A stretch of DNA of 19,751 bases, from positions 45,382 to 65,132 of the forward strand of contig NZ_SNUY01000013.1 in the NCBI RefSeq assembly GCF_004376175.1, given 5' to 3'. Position 1 is the stretch's first letter. The number at the start of each line of letters is the position of its first letter. Source of the DNA: Halalkalibacterium halodurans. GTDB lineage: Bacteria; Bacillota; Bacilli; Bacillales; Bacillaceae_D. The notes under the pieces are model-generated. The model made no database searches and was not told the DNA's origin. It saw only the letters and a list, made by a program, of their open reading frames with translations. Both the position numbers and the translations under genes were made by a program. This document shows, one piece after another, positions 16,047 to 19,751 of this stretch.

Positions 16047-16967
16047 ATGATGGTGCTTGAGCAGCCTTTGAAATCATTTTTTACTAGCTTATCTCAAAGC
16101 AAATCAATGAATAAATTAGCCAAAAAGTGGGGGTTAAAATTAGGTGCCTCTCAAGTGGTCGCTGGTGTGACGATTAGCGAAGCGATCGAAAAAGTAAAAG
16201 AGTTGAATGAAAAAGGACTTTCCGCCACACTTGATCATCTCGGTGAATTTGTTGAAGAACGAACAGAAGCCATTGAAGCGACAGACCATTGTATTCAGAC
16301 ACTCGAACAGATTGCTTCCTCCGGGGTGAACTGTAACTTGTCATTGAAATTAACTCAGCTTGGTCTTGACATCGATCAAAGCTTCTGTCTTGAAAACATG
16401 GAGCGCATTATGAAAAAGGCAGCAGAGCTAGGGATTTTCGTCCGCATTGACATGGAGGATTATGGACATTGTCAGCAAACGTTAGACATTTTAGCGGAAC
16501 TTCGGAAAACTTATGACAATGTGGGAACTGTTATTCAAGCGTATTTGTTCCGCGCATTGGATGACGTACGGGCATTGGAAGGAATTCCTCTTCGACTCGT
16601 TAAAGGGGCTTACAAAGAATCGCCAGAAGTAGCCTATCAAGAAAAAGAAAAAATCGATGAAAACTACTTCAACATGATCAAGCTCCATTTGGATAGTGGA
16701 ACGTACACTGCCATTGCGAGCCATGATCATCAAATCATTGATCGAGTGAAAGCTTACGTAAAAGAAAAGGGCATCTCCCATTCTCAATTTGAGTTCCAGA
16801 TGTTGTACGGCTTCCGCACCAACTTGCAGGAAGAGCTCGTAAAAGAAGGCTATAACGTCCGCATTTACGTTCCATTTGGTATTGATTGGTTCGGCTATTT
16901 TATGCGTCGCCTTGCAGAGCGTCCACAAAATGTCGCCTTCGCCTTGCGTGGCTTTTTCTCAAAATAA
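16047..16967 (+). CDS. putB: Proline dehydrogenase (PutB/YcgM-type, monofunctional)
   Basis: 306 aa from ATG 16047, with SD AAAGGAGG 7 nt upstream. Motifs LDHLGEFV, VRIDMEDY, RLVKGAYKE and the C-terminal YVPFG..WFGYFMRRLAERPQN are typical of the Pro_dh family. The track's 63-aa N-terminal extension from 15858 spans the sigma-54 promoter and is rejected. Confidence 0.9.
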   Translation: MMVLEQPLKSFFTSLSQSKSMNKLAKKWGLKLGASQVVAGVTISEAIEKVKELNEKGLSATLDHLGEFVEERTEAIEATDHCIQTLEQIASSGVNCNLSLKLTQLGLDIDQSFCLENMERIMKKAAELGIFVRIDMEDYGHCQQTLDILAELRKTYDNVGTVIQAYLFRALDDVRALEGIPLRLVKGAYKESPEVAYQEKEKIDENYFNMIKLHLDSGTYTAIASHDHQIIDRVKAYVKEKGISHSQFEFQMLYGFRTNLQEELVKEGYNVRIYVPFGIDWFGYFMRRLAERPQNVAFALRGFFSK

Positions 16968-16996
16968 ACCGTTCGGATCTTTCCGAACGGTTTTTT
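16967..16996 (+). terminator. Rho-independent terminator after the proline dehydrogenase gene
   Basis: AACCGTTCGGA (16967-16977), loop TCTT, TCCGAACGGTT (16982-16992): an 11-bp perfect stem followed by a T run to 16996. Confidence 0.85.
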
Positions 16997-17138
16997 CTTA
17001 CCTTTTAAGAAAGTGCTATGAAAGATAAACCAAGTCTTCCTAGTGAAAGCTCAGATTCCCCTGATGATCGACAATTATGGATGATCGTGTAATGACTGGA
17101 ACCACCCGTTAACAGAAGAACAAATTACTACTATTAAA

Positions 17139-17179
17139 CGAACAAATATTCACATATACTGTACCAGAACAAATGTTCT
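17139..17179 (+). promoter_or_regulatory. Two tandem LexA (Cheo/SOS) boxes around a -10-like TATACT, upstream of the Y-family polymerase
   Basis: Box 2, AGAACAAATGTTCT (17166-17179), is a perfect GAAC-N4-GTTC. Box 1, CGAACAAATATTCA (17139-17152), has one consensus half and one degenerate half. TATACT at 17155-17160 lies between them. Confidence 0.75.
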
Positions 17180-17194
17180 TACGAGGTGTTGACA

Positions 17195-18424
17195 GTGGAT
17201 AAAGTCATCTTTATGGTCGATATGGAATCGTTTTTCGCTTCTGTTGAGCGGGCGAACCATCCAGAACTCTCTGGACGCCCCTTGCTCGTCTCCGGTGATC
17301 CCGAGCGGCGCTCCGGTGTGATTTTGGCTGCGTGCCCTGTTGCCAAAGCTCGCGGGGTTACAAACGGGGAACGGCTATGGGAAGCTCAGCAAAAATGCCC
17401 AGAAGCAGTCGTCGTCCGTCCCCACATGCAGCAATATGTAACGGTTTCTGTGCAGATTACAGAGATTTTGGAACGTTTTACCGACTTGATTGAACCGTTT
17501 TCGATCGATGAACAGTTTATGGACGTCACCCATAGCCAGCGCCTATTCGGTGCTCCTCGCGAGATCGCACAAAAGGTGCAGCAAGCGATTTGGCATGAAA
17601 CAGGTGTGCGAGCACGAATCGGGATGGGTGAAAGTAAAGTGCTAGCGAAAATGGCGTGCGACAATTTTGCGAAAAAGATGCCCTCCGGAGTTTTCCATTT
17701 AACCAAAGAACGAATGGAGCGGCTGCTGTGGCCCCTTCCGATTGAATGTCTATACGGGGTAGGTAGGCAAATGACGAAACATTTTCGCAACCAAGGCATT
17801 CGCACGATCGGTCAGCTAGCAAACACGTCATTGGAACGAATCAAAGGCAAATGGGGTGTGAACGGTCACGTTTTATGGCTTACCGCTCACGGCATCGACC
17901 CTTCCCCGGTCACGCCCCATTCCCATGACAAACAAAAAGGAATTGGTCACGGCATGACCCTCCCTCATGATTACGTCAAAGCCGAAGATATTCATGTCGT
18001 GCTCCTTGAGCTATGTGAGGAAGTATGTAAGCGCGCGCGGCGGGCCCATTTGATGGGACGAACGGTCGCCATCGGTGTGAGCGGAGCAAACATGGAGACC
18101 CCTACCGGCTTTCATCGGCAAATGAAGCTGACGAACCATACGAATATTACGATGGAAGTGTACGAGGGTGCTGCCACGTTGTTTGAACGTTTTTGGGACG
18201 GAAAGCCCATTCGTCGCTTACATGTGAATCTTTCCAACTTAACGAGTGATGAGGCATGGCAGCTAAGTTTTTTTGGCAACCGCGACCGGGCCCACCAGCT
18301 TGGCTATACGATGGATACGATTAAAGAAAAATTCGGAGACACCGCGATTCGGCGAGCGGTTTCTTTCCTCTCTGCTAGTCAAGCCGAGGAACGAGCGAAA
18401 AAGATTGGTGGTCATTATAAATAA
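17195..18424 (+). CDS. yqjW: Y-family translesion DNA polymerase, YqjW (PolY2)/UvrX-like
   Basis: UmuC/DinB family: IFMVDMESFFASVE (catalytic D-M-x-S-F-[YF]), SIDEQFMDV, KVLAKMACDNFAKK and C-terminal AKKIGGHYK. The VSGDPERRSGVILAACP stretch is as I recall for B. subtilis YqjW. The likely start is GTG 17195 (SD GAGGTG, 6-nt spacer); the track start at 17186 lies inside that SD. Confidence 0.88.
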   Translation: MDKVIFMVDMESFFASVERANHPELSGRPLLVSGDPERRSGVILAACPVAKARGVTNGERLWEAQQKCPEAVVVRPHMQQYVTVSVQITEILERFTDLIEPFSIDEQFMDVTHSQRLFGAPREIAQKVQQAIWHETGVRARIGMGESKVLAKMACDNFAKKMPSGVFHLTKERMERLLWPLPIECLYGVGRQMTKHFRNQGIRTIGQLANTSLERIKGKWGVNGHVLWLTAHGIDPSPVTPHSHDKQKGIGHGMTLPHDYVKAEDIHVVLLELCEEVCKRARRAHLMGRTVAIGVSGANMETPTGFHRQMKLTNHTNITMEVYEGAATLFERFWDGKPIRRLHVNLSNLTSDEAWQLSFFGNRDRAHQLGYTMDTIKEKFGDTAIRRAVSFLSASQAEERAKKIGGHYK

Positions 18425-18434
18425 TGAGCAAAAA

Positions 18435-18474
18435 AGAGTGTTCTGAGGATCTGGATCGACCTCAGACACACTCT
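18435..18474. terminator. Strong hairpin just after the polymerase stop. Its U-tract lies on the minus-strand side only
   Basis: AGAGTG (18435-18440) pairs with CACTCT (18469-18474), and TCTGAGG (18442-18448) with CCTCAGA (18460-18466), around an 11-nt loop. It is preceded by AAAAA on the plus strand, which gives a TTTTTG tail for a minus-strand RNA. No T run follows on the plus strand. Confidence 0.5.
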
Positions 18475-18865
18475 ATCTAATAGCCTTAATCTAAAAACGT
18501 CACTTCGTACACAAATTCATTTGTCATAATATTCGCTTCTTGCTAGTATTTCGTCATTTGGGTGGTTAAGAGCAACGACACAATCCTTTCAAATTCGCTG
18601 GAACCCCTCTGTATTTTTTTAATCCTGTACCGTTTTATCATGAGTAAGTGCAATAGACATTTAAAACTATTGATCAAAGGATCGAACTAGGTTCAATTTG
18701 CTATATATGTTTATCAAACAGTAAAAAACAATTCTCCTATTAACCAAGGAGGGGCATTTGAACAGTTCATTCTAGTTCTTTATGAATTAAAGAACGTCTT
18801 CGATCCCTTTAAAACACTTCCATATGAATAAATTACCAATTGTAATCACGGTGTCTACTCGGTAC

Positions 18866-18887
18866 TATAATAGAGAACATACGTTCT
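18866..18887 (+). promoter_or_regulatory. -10 box TATAAT followed by a perfect LexA box, upstream of the YolD-like gene
   Basis: TATAAT at 18866-18871. AGAACATACGTTCT at 18874-18887 is GAAC-N4-GTTC, placed 20 nt before the ATG at 18908. I see no good -35. Confidence 0.7.
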
Positions 18888-18907
18888 TTGGTGCGGGGGT
18901 GAACTTT

Positions 18908-19258
18908 ATGAAAATCAACAAGCTAACGTCAGGATATAACCTCAGATGGGAGTCGAGTCGGGTGATGCTGCCTGAACATGTAGAGGCACTGCATACTTAT
19001 CGCCGACAATCACAGAAACAAGCGAAGCCGGAGATGGATCAGCAAACATTAGACGAACTATCTTCTGTCATCCAAGCCTCTTATCATAAAAGAAAACCTG
19101 TGAGATTAACGGTTTTTGACACGTACGAAAATAAACAAATCGTCGGGGTGGTGACTTCTATCGACCGCGTGCTTGAGAAATTGAAATTCGAACACGATCA
19201 AGAATTTGAATGGATTCATTTTAACGTAATCATGGATGTTTCCTACGCAGATGAATGA
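18908..19258 (+). CDS. YolD-like protein (YqjX-type small protein that accompanies Y-family polymerases)
   Basis: 116 aa from ATG 18908, with SD GGGGGTG and a 6-nt spacer. RWESSRVMLPEHVEAL...KPEMDQQTLDEL...KPVRLTVFD...IVGVVTSID matches my recollection of the YolD family. The track's upstream ATG at 18824 has no SD and spans the promoter and LexA box. Confidence 0.8.
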   Translation: MKINKLTSGYNLRWESSRVMLPEHVEALHTYRRQSQKQAKPEMDQQTLDELSSVIQASYHKRKPVRLTVFDTYENKQIVGVVTSIDRVLEKLKFEHDQEFEWIHFNVIMDVSYADE

Positions 19259-19324
19259 TTTCCTAAAAAGCTACTGTAACATTGGGATCATATGTCCTGA
19301 GTCCCCAAATAAATCCAAACACGA

Positions 19325-19751
19325 TCAAACAGTCCCTTTTAAACGCTCGATTTTTGCTGCTAGTGCCACTCTTGTTTCAGGTAACTTCTTTTTTAACGCT
19401 TCATTGTTTAATAAAGCTTCAGAGTAGAAGTCAGCAAATGATGGTTCCCGCTCTCTTGTGATGACATGGATATGATAATGATCGAGGTCATTGAATTCTC
19501 CACCATTTTAACAAGTCGTGATACCCGCAGGATTGTATAATACCTTGATCGCCTTTACTACGATAGTCACTCCTTTCATGATCGCATTGGCTGTCTTTTG
19601 GTTAATGTCTTCTATCTCTATCACAGATTGTGTCAACCTTTTGTGGGAGGAATATTTTCCATTCTCATGAGTGTAAGCGAATTCAGAATGTTAGGGTTCT
19701 CCTCTGTTAAGAATCTTAGGGCTTTTAAAAGCCTTTCAAGTCTTTCAGTGC
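19325..19751 (-). pseudogene. HIT (histidine triad) family gene, interrupted by in-frame stops; continues beyond the window
   Basis: Minus-strand frame:
- The stretch HSEFAYTHENGKYSSHKRLTQSVIEIEDINQKTANAIMKGVTIVVKAIKVLYNPAGITTC is followed by an in-frame TAA (19508-19510).
- It then reads NGGEFNDLDHYHIHVITREREPSF...KIERLKGTV and stops at TGA (19325-19327). HYHIHVI is an H-x-H-x-H-x-x triad.
- A further in-frame TAA lies upstream at 19691-19693, and the upstream part appears to shift frame. Confidence 0.5.

Noticed and set aside
18684-18694. GAAC-TAG-GTTC palindrome in the polymerase/YolD spacer, as a possible third LexA box.
   Set aside because: The spacing is N3, not the N4 required by the Cheo-box consensus, and the flanking bases do not fit.
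18824-18907. The upstream ATG (18824) of the YolD-like ORF, which would add 28 residues.
   Set aside because: It has no SD, and the added segment covers the TATAAT and LexA box. ATG 18908 has a GGGGGTG SD and gives the family-typical size of about 116 aa.
416-19427. Short ORFs in the track that lie antisense to, or nested in, the large genes. They are:
- 416-613, 816-1079, 1134-1358 and 2528-2812;
- 3875-4066, 4700-4939, 4777-4980 and 5245-5442;
- 6522-6782, 6933-7154, 7270-7473, 7514-7699 and 8397-8588;
- 9008-9193, 9039-9221, 9784-9990 and 10350-10535;
- 12478-13454 (several ORFs), 13933-14118, 14348-14554 and 14935-15117;
- 16491-16928, 17386-17831, 18263-18469 and 19236-19427.
   Set aside because: All are shadow frames of strongly supported genes or pseudogenes. 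They lack SD sequences and have compositionally odd, Ser/Arg/Cys-rich or low-complexity products.
1-19751. Search for CRISPR arrays, rRNA, riboswitch/T-box leaders, integrase or recombinase genes, toxin-antitoxin pairs and defence-system signatures.
   Set aside because: - There are no regularly spaced direct repeats of 25-40 nt anywhere, and no rRNA-like sequence.
- No tyrosine or serine recombinase motifs appear in any frame near the tRNA.
- Leaders of the catabolic genes are too short (40-50 nt) for riboswitches.
- No nuclease, helicase or ATPase gene cluster typical of defence islands is present.

Overview
This is a chromosomal segment from a Bacillaceae-type Firmicute. All family calls below were made by eye from motifs and synteny; no database search was run. 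From left to right:

- **1-3102, IS elements:** an IS5/IS1182-like element sits next to, and apparently inside the 5' part of, an IS1380-family element.
- **3098-5534, two-component system:** the IS1380 right end cuts a YesM-like sensor kinase, leaving an intact YesN-like REC+AraC response regulator.
- **5864-9839:** glycolate oxidase genes glcD-glcF with a CdaR/PucR-type regulator. The order matches B. subtilis ysfB-ysfC-ysfD.
- **about 9990-11760:** an AT-rich, gene-decayed stretch containing a disrupted TPR gene, an aminoglycoside-phosphotransferase (APH) N-terminal fragment and a small membrane ORF. It abuts a stand-alone tRNA-Val(GAC).
- **12008-16967, sigma-54 module:** a P5C dehydrogenase gene and a proline dehydrogenase gene, each behind a near-consensus -24/-12 promoter. 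They flank a GAFTGA enhancer-binding activator that is followed by a frameshifted bacterial PH-domain (bPH) membrane gene.
- **17139-19258, SOS unit:** a Y-family polymerase (YqjW/PolY2-like) and a YolD-like gene, each with Cheo-type LexA boxes.
- **19325-19751:** a HIT-family pseudogene that runs off the right edge.

I found no CRISPR array, no rRNA and no recognisable defence or toxin system, and I cannot support a claim of a new multi-gene system. The most interesting items are:

- the Roc-like sigma-54 wiring of Put-like enzymes, with shared upstream 14-mers;
- the nested IS and kinase disruption;
- the Shine-Dalgarno (SD)-sequestering fold-back at the IS end;
- several homopolymer-associated gene disruptions.
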